DNA from: Catajapyx aquilonaris
Lineage: Eukaryota
Length of the DNA: 43,307 nucleotides
Reading direction: 5' to 3'
Assembly: GCA_000934665.2 (NCBI GenBank)
Contig: JYFJ02003380.1
Coordinates: 1-43,307 of the forward strand
The notes beneath the pieces are model-generated. The model did no database searches. It was not told where the DNA came from and saw only the letters and a list, made by a program, of their open reading frames with translations. Positions 1 to 17,093 of the stretch are shown here, piece by piece (position 1 is the first letter of the stretch; the number at the start of each line of letters is the position of its first letter). A program made the position numbers and the translations under genes.

Positions 1-36
1 CCCCCCCCCCAGAAAAAATTCCTGTATCCGCCACTG
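1..36. mobile_element. 3' end of a hAT-like MITE, truncated by the window start
   Basis: A poly-C run is followed by CCTGTATCCGCCACTG, whose reverse complement CAGTGGCGGATACAGG is a common hAT-type MITE terminus. The partner TIR is outside the window. Confidence 0.45.
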
Positions 37-51
37 TATATCATTATTTAG

Positions 52-1821
52 AAAAATGCAAGCGAAGGAGAAGCTCCACATAATGATGGCGAGGATGAGG
101 TAAGATGTAAGAATGGTTACAAATGGAAGGGTTTGGTGCAAAAACCAGATAAGTCCACTTTTGTTACTTTCAAGAAAACAGAAACACTGAATTACCGGCT
201 AATTTAAAAAATTATAATTATAATTTTTTGTAAAGTCTGCAGTGAACTGTAGTGCACGTAAGACCTTCATCAATTGATTTAAGCTGTACCGTAGGTCTTA
301 CTCAAGCAATACTGAAGTATTTGGTTCAGTGGGGCTTAACGTCGGCCTATTTCTGCTGCTAAGGCTCAACACTGACGCCAGGGGGTGGTTCTCCTCCTGG
401 AAATTTGGCCACTCTGGGGGTCTTTAACGTGCACTCGCGCAATGTCACAAGCACATGGGACCGATGGCTTTACTTCCCCTCCAAAGGAAGGCGCACTCTC
501 ACTTTTCTACCACCCAGAGAAAAGTCACCGACCTCGGCCGGATTTGAACCCACAACCTTGGGACCAGAGGCGAGCGCGCTAACCACTATTCCACCAAGGC
601 CGGCTAATACTGAAGTACTGTATGGAATGGCTCGTAAAAATTACTGCTGCAAACTGCTCAGAGCAGTAGGCAGGGTTTTATTTTGAAAAGAAAAATAAAT
701 AAATTAAAAAACTAAACCCATCCTCACATACTTAGAAATTTTCGATCCTGAAAATGCAGAATCCAATCGAAAAAGACCCTCTAAGATTCACCAATACATT
801 TACATTTACATGTACAAAATTAACCATAGGTGAAGATTCTGCATACATGTTTCATGGCAATAAATTCGCACCAATCGTAGAGAAATTATCCAATGTGCTT
901 AATATTGAAGTTCCAAATTTCAGAAAACACTTACCTTACCCAAGTCCCATAGTTTACGCGCGCCCCAAAAAAGTGGAGGGGTGGGGTAGAAAACAAAATG
1001 TGATGAAAAATCTTCGTTAAGATTATCTGGACTTTAGAATTGATAATTATGAAGAGTAACAATGGAGCTAGAATGGCACCGAGGTTAAAGTTAATTTGAT
1101 AGTTAGCAACAGAATCAAATATTATTACACTTTGGACAGTGAATTTTTGTGGGGTCTGGTAATAATTGCTGTCACTACATTAATTTGTTACACAGCAGGA
1201 GATTTATTTTAACCCTGTAGCGGGCATTGTTGCCTGAGGGCAACAATTAATTTGCGCAGGCGCCATAAGCTTGAACATTGGTCCTGGAAACCACAGTGTG
1301 GCTTGATGTCACAATTAGTTTGTTAGCTTCCGCTAGATGACATGCAATGTCGACAATGTTACGATCGGGATAAGGTATGAAGCGGAGAGGAGCCAAGGTC
1401 GTTGAAAATGGCGCGAAATTTGAATTTGCTGAAGCAGCAATTGTTTCTGGAGCTGATTAGATATAGGTGCAGATATTAAATATCCAACGGGGGAGGTGTG
1501 GTGGCCGTGATGGTAACGTCATGGCTTGCTGAGTGAAAGGCCCCAGGTTCGATCCCCGCCTGGGGAACTTTCCTTTCACCTGCGTCGGGAGGGTCTCTGA
1601 CCTGCACCAAGGAGGTGTCTGGCAACCTAACCTCCTGGGGAACAGCACATGACCCACAGCTATGACATTGCACCTTGCACCCATGTTCCCTCCCCAAAAA
1701 TCCCTATTCTTACCCCACTTCCTTTCATCCTTGCACCGGAGTGGAAGTTAAAAGAAAAATTGGAAAATAAAATAAACGTTCATGCGATATACCCCCTTAA
1801 GGGGTGAAAGCATTACCCACA

Positions 1822-1905
<84 letters not shown>

Positions 1906-4900
1906 GATTATTATTAAATATCCAATTGGATGTGTAACACTGCAAGAGTAGCTCTCTCCTCGCCATTTGAGGCCATTCTAATTTTGCCAGCACAATTTCA
2001 TCACAATTTTTTGGCGGCGCAGGCACAATATTGCTTGAGGTTTGAGTCCTAAGTCATTGTACTATTTTTATTCGAAAACGGAAACATGTTCAGATATGAC
2101 CATTACTACGTTTTAAAGGCCCGGCGATTACAATTTGGACTGGAATAGAGATGGCCCCGAGATCTCACGGGGAGCCGGTAAACGAAAGGGGAACGTGACC
2201 CCCCACCCCGAGCTGCATGAGACGGTGGAAGGGTGGGGGTTATGATCGCCTTTAGTTTTCTGGTCCCCTTGGCGATATGGATGCCATCTATTTATCAGAT
2301 GAAATTGTGATCGCCGGACCTTCAATACTTAGCAAAGGTCATCTCTGTATGTGTTACCATTTTTGAATAAAAAAATACTCGCCATGACTTTTGGGTCACC
2401 CGGTGTAACTTCAAAGTCATTGGGTCAGAGATGACCAAAATATAATAAAAACCATCCTTAGCGTATGATGAGAAAAAGGCGTTAGAATTTTTTTCTTCCC
2501 ACAATCCTAAATGTGTGCAGTACAGGGTTAATGACGAACCTGAGGGGCCACACAAACCCAAAGACTGAATTGAAATTAATTACAAAAAATTTGTCGCTGA
2601 ATTAAAAATGTCGATATATCGTTTAAGTTTTCAGAATTTGCTACCCCTTTGCTGAACTACATTTAACATTGTTATTAATTATTAATAAATTAAAATGTGA
2701 TGACATTGTGTATTTAGACCTCAGTGCAATGTGCTACGATAAAAAATTTCAATTGAATGAATATGAAATGACTTTTCAAATCCCTGCACTCAAAAATGCA
2801 CAGAAAATTCGACATTTGCAAACCGTGATAAACATTTTTAAATTCCATGGTGGATTTTTTGTAATAAATTTTAATGCTGTCTTCAGGTTTGTGTGGCCCC
2901 TCAGGTTCATTATTAAAATTAATGTCCTGCTACGTAACAAATTAATGTAGTGACAGCAATTATTACCAGACCCCACAAAAATTCACTGTCCAAAGTGTAA
3001 TAATATTTGATTCTGTTGTTAACTATCAAATTAACTTTAACTTCGGTGCCATTCTAGCTCCATTGTTACTCTTCATAATTATCAATTCTAAAGTCCAGAT
3101 AATCTTAACGGAGATTTTTCATCACATTTTGTTTTCTACCCCACCCCTCCACTTTTTTAACTATGGGATTTGGGTAAGGTATATGGAGTGGCTCATGGAA
3201 AATTAACGGGTGGAATTTTCGTCGTACTAGTAACTGTAGTTACTGCTAAGTTAGTTTGGAGTAGGGTATATGGTGTCCGACTGCTAATCGGGAGGTCCTG
3301 GGATCAAATCCCGGGGCCGGCAACTCTGACCGTGGTTTTCTGTGGTTTCCCACGGTCCTTCCAGGAAAATTCCGTAGTTGTTTCCGTAATCAATAGGCAC
3401 AGCCGCTTCCTTCCGTCCCTATCCTATCCCAAAAAGCGCAGTAAAATGAAAGCAAATAGTTCCAGGCAAAACAAAACTTCCCCCCTAAACAACCAATAGG
3501 CTGATAACGGGGCATGAATTATTATTAGTTACTGCTAAGTTAGAAGTAACTAGTAGTGCAACGAAAATTCCACAAATTGTTTTCAGAAAGGAGACTTCAT
3601 GAGCAGTAAATTGGAAATTGCTTGAGTAAGACCTACAGTGCAGCTTCAATCAATTGGTGAAGGTCTTATGTGCGCCTGCCTTGTTTCAGTACTTTCATTC
3701 CGCCACGGAGGTCTTACTACCCTTTTTTCACTGAAGGGAATGTTTTTGCTCTTATTGCAAATAAGTCTGAAATATATCATATCCCTTAATTCATCAAGTA
3801 CAACTTTAAGATTAAAAGTACTGCTTTCCTGGGTAAGAATGTGAGGAAGGACTTTCATATCGGCTGGGTGGATTTGAGAGGGGTAGGGGGTACGCTGTAC
3901 CAACACAACCCATGACCTAACTTGCCTTCCTGGCGGATACAGACCTATTTTCAGCAGACTATACAAGCCTAGGAAAGTAGGTAAAAGCACTGCATCAGCC
4001 GATATGAAAGTCTAGCCGAATGTGATACGTGATAGGTAACCCCCTCAGGCAATACTGTTATCAATTCTTGGGGAGGAATGGTATGGTGAGACTGCTGGTG
4101 GAGGTGGGCAGTTAGTTGCACAATTCAGGGCAGGAATATGCAATAAGGGAGGTGCGGTATTCATGATTTTCCAATCATTACAAGAAACAGGTAAATGCAG
4201 CAATGGTGTTCATAAATTTTTCTGCTTGCTTCAGCTCCTGTCAACCAGGGACATTTGCATTCTTGTAGTATAGTTAAGATGCAATTTGCAGGATGTCCTG
4301 AGAGTCTGTTCAGATCTACCTTAGGTTAGCTACTGGCATTACTCCTGTAAATTATTATTATAGTGTCAGTGTTATGGGTAATTCTGAGGCCCATTATCAT
4401 AGCATCAGAGGTGGAAAAGTTGATGTACTGTATAAGACTGGAGAGTACCGCACATACCCTTGCAAGATCGATGTTGTGCAACAAAGTATTCCTCTTCAAT
4501 GTGGCAATATTGGTATAGAGTTCGTATGCTGTATTGCTGTGCTATAGTGCAACTGGGTAAGCATGCAACCTGCATGCAACATTACATTTGGACCAATTTA
4601 CTTCTCCCTGTATGAGAGGTGGAAAAGTGCACACCACCATTATCACCACTTGCACTAGTCAGCCCACCAAGCTGGATGTGACACTTTTATCCCATCAAGG
4701 CTGAAATACAGGAGCTGGATCCAAAGTGCTGAAGTGCTTTTAGTTGCACTAAAGAATGGTAGTAGCATATACAGGGTGTTCCAATTGAAATGTTCTTAGT
4801 GGTTAGTGACTTTTTGGCATTAAACTGCTTATTTTAAGCACAAACCTCTGCCTAGTCACTTTTAGCAATGATCAAAAGAATCAGCACAACAAATTTAAGG

Positions 4901-5190
4901 TCCCATGTAAAATACAGGTCAGAAGCATTTGAATATACGTTTGTGTAACTTAAAAAAAAAAAATACAAGACAATTTATTACAGTGTATGTGTGAGTTGGA
5001 AGAGGACATCAATCGAACAAGGGGCAGCACATGGGAGGAGTCATCAAAGGAAGACAGTGATGAGAAGGTGCAAATCTTGTGTGACTGTGCTCAGCAAAAG
5101 CGTACCAAAGTAGCGACTGCCAAAATGACAACTGGTACTGACCAGCACTGTCAAGATGATGATGACACAGGCTGGACGGGGTGGCACTAA
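52..5190 (+). CDS. Putative last two coding exons of an unidentified upstream gene (52-99, 4984-5190)
   Basis: 52-99 is bounded by TTAG| and GAG|GTAAGA and reads KNASEGEAPHNDGEDE (48 nt, phase 0). 4984 follows TTACAG| and is open to TAA at 5190 (CMCELEEDINRTRGSTWEESSKEDSDEK...GWTGWH). No family recognised. Confidence 0.3.
320..605 (-). mobile_element. tRNA-derived SINE, family B (Nin/Deu-like central domain), full length
   Basis: 12-bp TSD AATACTGAAGTA at 308-319 and 606-617. The minus strand carries an A box (TGGTGGAATAGTGG), a B box (GGTTCAAATCC) and GGGGAAGTAAAGCCATCGGTCCC...GCACGTTAAAGACCCC. A second copy is at ~10680-10895. Confidence 0.9.
1488..1911 (+). mobile_element. tRNA-derived SINE, family A, with (ATT)n tail
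   Basis: 14-bp TSD TATTAAATATCCAA at 1474-1487 and 1912-1925. A box TGGCCGTGATGG, B box GGTTCGATCCC. Homologous to the copy at 22874-23704. Confidence 0.92.
1822..1916 (+). repeat. (ATT)n microsatellite forming the SINE tail
   Basis: About 95 bp of ATT repeats with a single interruption. Confidence 0.95.
3180..3760 (+). repeat. Dispersed repeat with internal inverted modules (copy 1), interrupted by a SINE
   Basis: TATATGGAGTGGCTCA...GTAAGACCT...CTGAAGGGAATGTTTTTGCTCTTA aligns with 16218-16536. A reverse-oriented piece is at ~255-310. Confidence 0.8.
3255..3525 (+). mobile_element. tRNA-derived SINE, family C (Talua-like body)
   Basis: 18-bp TSD TAGTTACTGCTAAGTTAG at 3237-3254 and 3526-3543. 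B box GGATCAAATCC, short ATT tail. Homologous to 16818-17093 and 28475-28756. Confidence 0.9.
3850..4012. mobile_element. Small MITE-like element with 17-bp TIRs
   Basis: GACTTTCATATCGGCTG (3850-3866) and its perfect reverse complement at 3996-4012. No clear TSD. Confidence 0.55.
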
Positions 5191-5258
5191 AACATTACAA
5201 GTCAAGAACATTATCAAGGAAGAAAGCATCACATTGCGAGGTGTTGGTTGGTTTAGAG

Positions 5259-5525
5259 CAGTGTTTCCCAATTTTTTTCATTGGAGACCCTAGAAAATTG
5301 CTTCGTAAAATTCGCGACACCCCCTCCCCCCCTTCCCAATTCAACCTTACAATCTAGCCGCAATCAACATCCNTAGTTAATGATAATAATCGCTAAATTT
5401 AGGCATTTTCTCGTTTCCAGACATGTTTTCCAGAGAGATTTAATCACTTTTCAATAATGATATTTATTACCCTACCTTGCGACCCCAATTATTATGTTTG
5501 CGGCCCCAAAGTTTGGGAAGCACTG
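5259..5525. mobile_element. hAT (Charlie/Buster-like) MITE
   Basis: TIRs CAGTGTTTCCCAA / TTGGGAAGCACTG. 8-bp TSD GTTTAGAG / TTTTAGAG with one mismatch. Confidence 0.8.
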
Positions 5526-5764
5526 TTTTAGAGGACTACACAATTTTTTGGTCTGTGGTGTGGCAACAACAATGGTTTGAACATGGGTTTGAATCATTTG
5601 CCTTATAAGGCCTTTCCCCATTGAGAATCAACATACTGTATGTAAGTTACTATGATTTTTATATTTCATTATATCATTGTTTCTAGGCAGTTTCAGTAAC
5701 ACTAACAAAGCCACAAAGGTGATGTAAGTTGAAACCAAAGAGTTCTGCTATTATATAATATAAT

Positions 5765-5998
5765 ACCTAGAGGAGGTACTCCCTATCCTTTTCCATTAGA
5801 CAGGCTGAGGCAGCCGCCATCTTGTTGGAGGTCATATTGTTGTTCTAACAGTTGTCTAGCAACTGGGACAACAACCAATAATGACAACTGGGCGACAATT
5901 AGTTCAATAATGTCAGGCGTCCGCCATCTTGTTGGAGGTCATATTGTTGCCTGCATTGTTGCCTGCCTCACATTTCAGGCCGAGTACCTCCTCTAGGT
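5765..5998. mobile_element. MITE with 17-bp TIRs and an internal direct repeat, lying inside a second inverted-repeat pair
   Basis: ACCTAGAGGAGGTACTC at 5765-5781 and its reverse complement at 5982-5998. CCGCCATCTTGTTGGAGGTCATATTGTTG occurs twice inside. An outer inverted repeat AACCAAAGAGTTCTGCTAT is at ~5733-5751 and 6029-6047. Confidence 0.75.
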
Positions 5999-7254
5999 GT
6001 ATATATAATCATTAGCTCTTGATATAATATAGCAGAACTCTTTGGTTGGAACTTTCAAAATTTGAGTGTAGGTAGATGTGCAGAATATTAACTAGAGGGA
6101 GAGGCAAAACTACTTTAATGTTATTTTAGTGTTTATTTTGCTGTTATGTTGAGGCCTAAAAGCAATCTCAGTTATGATAATTTGTTCCCTTATTTGAAAT
6201 ATGTGAAAGCAAAATTGTGTTATTTCAGACAGCTCACTGAATTCTTGAATTATTATAAACTGAACTTGTCCTAAGTGAGGTTGACGCTAAATTACCAAAA
6301 TTGGGGCGTACAAGTGTGCAGAAATACTCAATTTATACATTACTAGTTATTGCAACCTAGAAACCCAGACCTTTTCAATTTTTCTTGGTAGTGACTTATA
6401 TTTTGAAGATGTGAGTTATAGTAGAAATTTAACTATATGTTGATAAGTACTCAAATGGTACCTGCCAGCTTCTATCAGTAAAGAAGTCAAGTGATTTGTG
6501 AAGAAACTGCTGCTGGTCCAAAGGTTTCATTGTTAACAAGTGATATGATTAATCATGTTCATATTTTTAACTTTTAACTACTAATGCACATATAGTACAA
6601 TTGTTGTGAACTGAAAAAGTGGGCAAAACAAAACCTACATGTTTACAAACTTGTGTTTGTTTTTCTGTGTTGTTTGTGTCGAATCAATCAGGTGGCTGGC
6701 CTTTGATGACCTCACCTGAGTGGTCCGATTATATTGAAGCAGCACCCTTATAATTCATCTCCCGGTTTATTATTGTTGAATTATGAACTGTCGTTTCATG
6801 TGTCAAATGAGTGATGTGTTTGTCCCATAGGCCATAGAAAATAAAGAATTGGCTTATTGATTTTGAGTATTATTACGGTGATGTAGCATAACTGCTGTGG
6901 AAACCGATTCATATTTGTCATTTTTAAAATCATTCCCATTTGCCATGTGCAACACATGATTTTGTTTTGTTTTGTTGCTGGCATAATATAATATCCAAGA
7001 TTACGTCAAAAATGACCCGATGTCGTAAAAATAATGTAGGATACCTCCATCCTCAACATGAAATACACTTTTGATCTGAATCCATTCCCGGATCCACCTG
7101 ATGACAGCCTAATGCCAGTGTAGCTAATATTGGTGACGCACCACCCAGTGTGGTTGTGCACGCCGCCCCCGCACACAAACCCCTCACACTTCACGCCGCC
7201 TCCGGGCAAAACTCCACGCAACCAAAACAAACCAGCTCCTCATCAAAATATCCC

Positions 7255-13181
<5,927 letters not shown>

Positions 13182-15319
13182 AAAGTCTTAGTAAAAAGGA
13201 GAGATATACACATCTATTATTACAGTATAAGCATAATTATTGTAAGGACTGACTGAAGGAATTGAGGGGGAGAGAGAGAGGAAAAAGACATTTCTGGAAA
13301 ATGTTTCAGGCAAGTTCAAGTGAGATCTTTCCTCGAAGAGTTTTTTTTTTTTCTTGCCCCATCCCTCTCTTTGCCGTTAGATTTTTTTTTTAAATTGAGA
13401 GGGTGATGTGTAATTTGTGGCACACGTGTCACATTTCAGGAATATGGATGAAAAAAATAGAAACTATATTAAAAAAAGAGATTAAGTGTGTATGAGTGTT
13501 TAAGTGTGGATGTTGTATTTTTCTTTTTCTTATCTAACCTGTCACCATTATGGACTTTTCAAATTGTGACTTGTTATTGATATGTGCACGTGATTTCATT
13601 TTGCGCCTGAACCTTTCCTGTCCCATCTTCCCATTTTGCCCAGCGTCCCCTATATCATGTTTCTAATATTTTTTGTGTCATAAACTAATTCTGCCAATCA
13701 TGCAGTAGGAAGTCACTCTCAAACTTGTTTTTAAAAAATTATCATTAAATGTTGCTAACTATTTACCACAACAAGTGCCACAATATAACTCGTGTATTTT
13801 TTAAAAAACAAGAGGGACGAAGCAACTTTTTTCTTCGTGTTCTGAAGTGTGGAGGAAAAGGGAAATATAAGGGGGGGAAAGTGAAATAATGTTTTGTAAA
13901 TGTACATATTATGTGCAGCCATTTTATTTAGCTAGTTTCTTTTTCCTTTTCATTTGTGAGTATATGTGAATTATTTGTCCATTTTGTAACTTGTTTGATT
14001 GTTACTGTATATTGTGATTGATTTGGCCTTCTTCTGGAATGTTGCCCTGGAAATGAAAAAGCGACAGAGCGAGAAACTTGTTTGAAAGATTGCCTTTTTA
14101 AAGGAGTGAGCTATCTTTTTTGTTTTGGTTTTGGAGTGAAAGGGAATTTGAAATGGTCACCCAGATGAAGGCCAGATCATTTATGAAAACAATTTAGTTT
14201 GAGTCTCATAGACTTGCCCTCCCCACCCTAGCAAAGGAAAAAAAAAAATATGAATAAGAGTAGTGGCTGTTGTATCCAAATGACTCGGGAAGGATATTTA
14301 TTATGAAGAGAAAAATGCAAGCACAATTTTATTTAATTTGTAGGAAAGATGCTTTTTTTGAGTCATGACTTGAGCTACGTCAAAATACTATATTTGGCAG
14401 ATTTGTGATGCCATAACTGGAGTTTTAAAACCATATTATGGTTATTTATAGTTTTTCAAATGGGGATACACGTATTGTTGTTGCATGCTCATTGATATTG
14501 GTGCTGGAATTCTTCCCCTCCCCTCACAAGAAAAATATTACAGTTACTAAGATCTCCTGCGGCAACAGCCTCAACTCAAATACTACTTGATACCAAAAAT
14601 GTGTTAGAGAGAGTGGGTGTCTTTTTTTTAAGTACATGGTATTGTTTATTAGTTTTATTTACTGTGCTGCCAGTGGCTTCAGTTGATTTATTATTGTTTA
14701 CTTTCTTCTCTCACCAAGTGGCTCTCCTTGGAAAATGTGTGTGTGCATGAGTGTGAATTGTGTATGTACGTGTGCATGCCTGTGAGGATGGGAAAGAATG
14801 GAAGGAGCTGCAAGATTGAGTCAGGAAGGTGATGGATGAGGTCGATTAAGAGAAAAAAAGAAATATATCGGAAGAAGGTGAAACTGTAATTGAGCCTGCT
14901 TTAGTCAGCTGTATAATGTACAACGTAGTACAAAAGTTGCAATGTTTCCCCCACTTTGTTGCTCGGAAGATTGTGGCTATGAATATACACAAAGTTGATG
15001 AGATGGACCCGGGTTTTATTCCCTGCATAACCTTTTCCTCCTCAGGTCTTTTCATCATTTTTCTTGGCGTAACCAGGTGGTGTCAATTAATGCACATTAT
15101 TTTGATGCGTGAGACAATTATGTAAGTCATTATGTAAAGGGTACATGGGGGAGGTGAGGTGGGATGAGGTCGGAGCGGATCCCCGCATTTTCAGGTGCAA
15201 AATGTTGCACATTTTTATTTCCGTGGGCATGCGCAGATGAGAGGTCAAGAGGAGCATCAATTTGAAGGTCACGAGCTTGTTTGTTGACTTCCCCCCCTCC
15301 CCCCCCCCCCCCCCCCCCC

Positions 15320-15563
15320 GACGGATGCCGAGTGCAGAATATCGACTCCGGATGGAGAGGGGGGGGGAGTGACGTCACCAGTCATGTGTTGAGGCGAATA
15401 TCCCGGCAAGTCAGTCCGTTCCTGCTGGTGGCCCAGGCAGGATTTGCGATCGATCCTTTTTTAAGATTATTGCATTATATCTCTCCCACTTCTCGTGGTT
15501 CAAGCTGGTCGTCAGTGGGATGGTTTTGTAGTCGCCGGGGAAGGTCCACTGAAAAATTCACCG
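15320..15563 (+). promoter_or_regulatory. Putative PLA2G6 promoter and non-coding first exon
   Basis: CpG-rich patch with CRE TGACGTCA at 15370-15377 and a strong donor CCG|GTAAGT after 15563. The first coding exon has an acceptor (TTTTTCTGCAG, 18321) just 3 nt before the ATG. Confidence 0.55.
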
Positions 15564-15756
15564 GTAAGTGTCATAATGCGAGACAAATTGGTAATCACAT
15601 GTCAAGTCCTGTCTCCTGTGAGTGACATTTTTAACAATGCAGTTGGTGCCAGGTAATTCACATAGTTGATGTTACAGTAGGCAGAGGCTTGGTAAGCATG
15701 GTTTTGTTACATTAGGAGCCAATCAAGTTAAATTTATGAAATGTTCTGATGAATAA

Positions 15757-16212
15757 TGAAGTCCTGGGGGAAAGAACGATCAAGACCCACTTTTTGTCAG
15801 TCCGTTTACTGAAAGAATGAACACACGTCACAGTTGACGTCACGATTTTTTATGCATGGACTTGGTGCACCCCGTGTGACGTCACGCAGGCATGCCACCG
15901 CAAACCGTAAACAGTAGTGACGCGTTCCCAACGGATTTCCTGACCCGCAAGGTTGGCACTATCTACGGAAGATCTGGGGGGGAGGAAGGAGTTGCAGTGG
16001 GGTTGGGGCGGGCAACTGTGACGTGTGTTCATTCTTTCAGTAAAAGGAATGTAGAATATGATGGTGTGGTTGTGGAGTAATGATCATAGGTCACTATGGA
16101 AGGCCCAGAAAGTGGGATATACAATGGAACCTTATGGGCCTTCAAAATTTAATATTGGAATAGCTTAGTTTCATGGAGGTGGACCTTGATCGTTCTGCCC
16201 CCGAGGTCTTCA
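15757..16212. mobile_element. MITE-like element with two nested inverted-repeat pairs
   Basis: Outer 34-bp inverted repeat at 15757-15790 and 16179-16212 (6 mismatches). Inner perfect 32-bp inverted repeat at 15805-15836 and 16013-16044. Confidence 0.75.
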
Positions 16213-16217
16213 ATTCT

Positions 16218-16536
16218 TATATGGAGTGGCTCAGGGAAAATTAATGGGTGGAATTTTTGTCATACTACTGGTAACTATAGTTACTGCTAACTTAGCAGTA
16301 CCATGGCACTATACTGGTAATCCTGAGTTAGAAGTAACTAGTAGTGCAATGAAAATTTCACAAATTGTTTTCAGAAAGGAAACTTCATGAGCAGTAAATT
16401 GTAAATTGCTTGAGTAAGACCTATGGTACAACTTAAATCAATTGGTGAAGGTCTTACTGGTGCCTGCCTTGTTTCAGTACTTTAATTCTTACAACCCTTT
16501 TTCTCACTGAAGGGAATGTTTTTGCTCTTATATTGC
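16218..16536 (+). repeat. Dispersed repeat (copy 2 of the 3180-3760 family), without the SINE insertion
   Basis: Collinear similarity to 3180-3254 plus 3544-3760. Confidence 0.8.
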
Positions 16537-16817
16537 ATTATAATGAGTGCCAAGTGTGAGCCATGCTCCAACGTGATTACATACTGCCTCATATACTGTA
16601 TGTCCTTGACTCCTGCTACTGTGGGTTGGAGATAACCAAGAAATACTCAGCACTTGCATTTTTATTTTTTAACTGTGCATTCTGTACGTTTGATTTTCTT
16701 GTGTTAATGCAGTCTTACATTATACCAAAATTAATGGTTTATAATAGTTTTGTGTTGAAAGAGTTGCCCAATTCATTAAGTCTAATCATCTGAATTTCCA
16801 AATTTCTTATTATTTCA

Positions 16818-17093
16818 CCAAAGCAGGTTGGTGTAGGACTGTAGGGGATAAGGAGTCCGCTTGCTAATCGGGAGGTCCTGGGTTCGAATCCCGGGGCCAG
16901 TGACCCTGACCATGGTTTTCTGTGGTTTTGCATGGTTCTCCCCCAGGACAATTCCGGGGTCGTTTCCTCCTCTTCCTCTTTCTCCTCTTCCTTCCTTCCC
17001 TATCCCTGGTCCTATGCAATGGTGGTAATCCACCCCCCTAAGGGAGCCAAAGGCTCTAGCATGGGGTATGATAAATAAAATAAAAAATAAATA
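16818..17093 (+). mobile_element. tRNA-derived SINE, family C variant
   Basis: 18-bp TSD AAATTTCTTATTATTTCA at 16800-16817 and 17094-17111. B box GGTTCGAATCC, A-rich tail. Confidence 0.9.

Larger units (their letters stand above)
1213..2527. mobile_element. piggyBac-like non-autonomous element inserted at TTAA
   Basis: TTAA|CCCTGTA ... TACAGGG|TTAA (TTAA at 1209-1212 and 2528-2531). Removing it restores the left arm of the surrounding foldback element. Confidence 0.85.
934..3179. mobile_element. Foldback/long-TIR non-autonomous element with TA flanks, interrupted by nested insertions
   Basis: 969-1212 is the reverse complement of ~2913-3157 with about 7 mismatches. The termini CCTTACCCAAGTCCCATAGTT / AACTATGGGATTTGGGTAAGG are flanked by TA. 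The left arm resumes at 2532 (matching ~2853-2912) after the inserted element. Confidence 0.9.

Noticed and set aside
940..985. AAAAGTGGAGGG similar to a twister ribozyme 3' strand
   Set aside because: The other conserved elements and pseudoknot partners are absent, and it is part of a transposon TIR.
4771..4795. Single Tc1/mariner-like TIR start TACAGGGTGTTCCA
   Set aside because: No partner TIR was found nearby.
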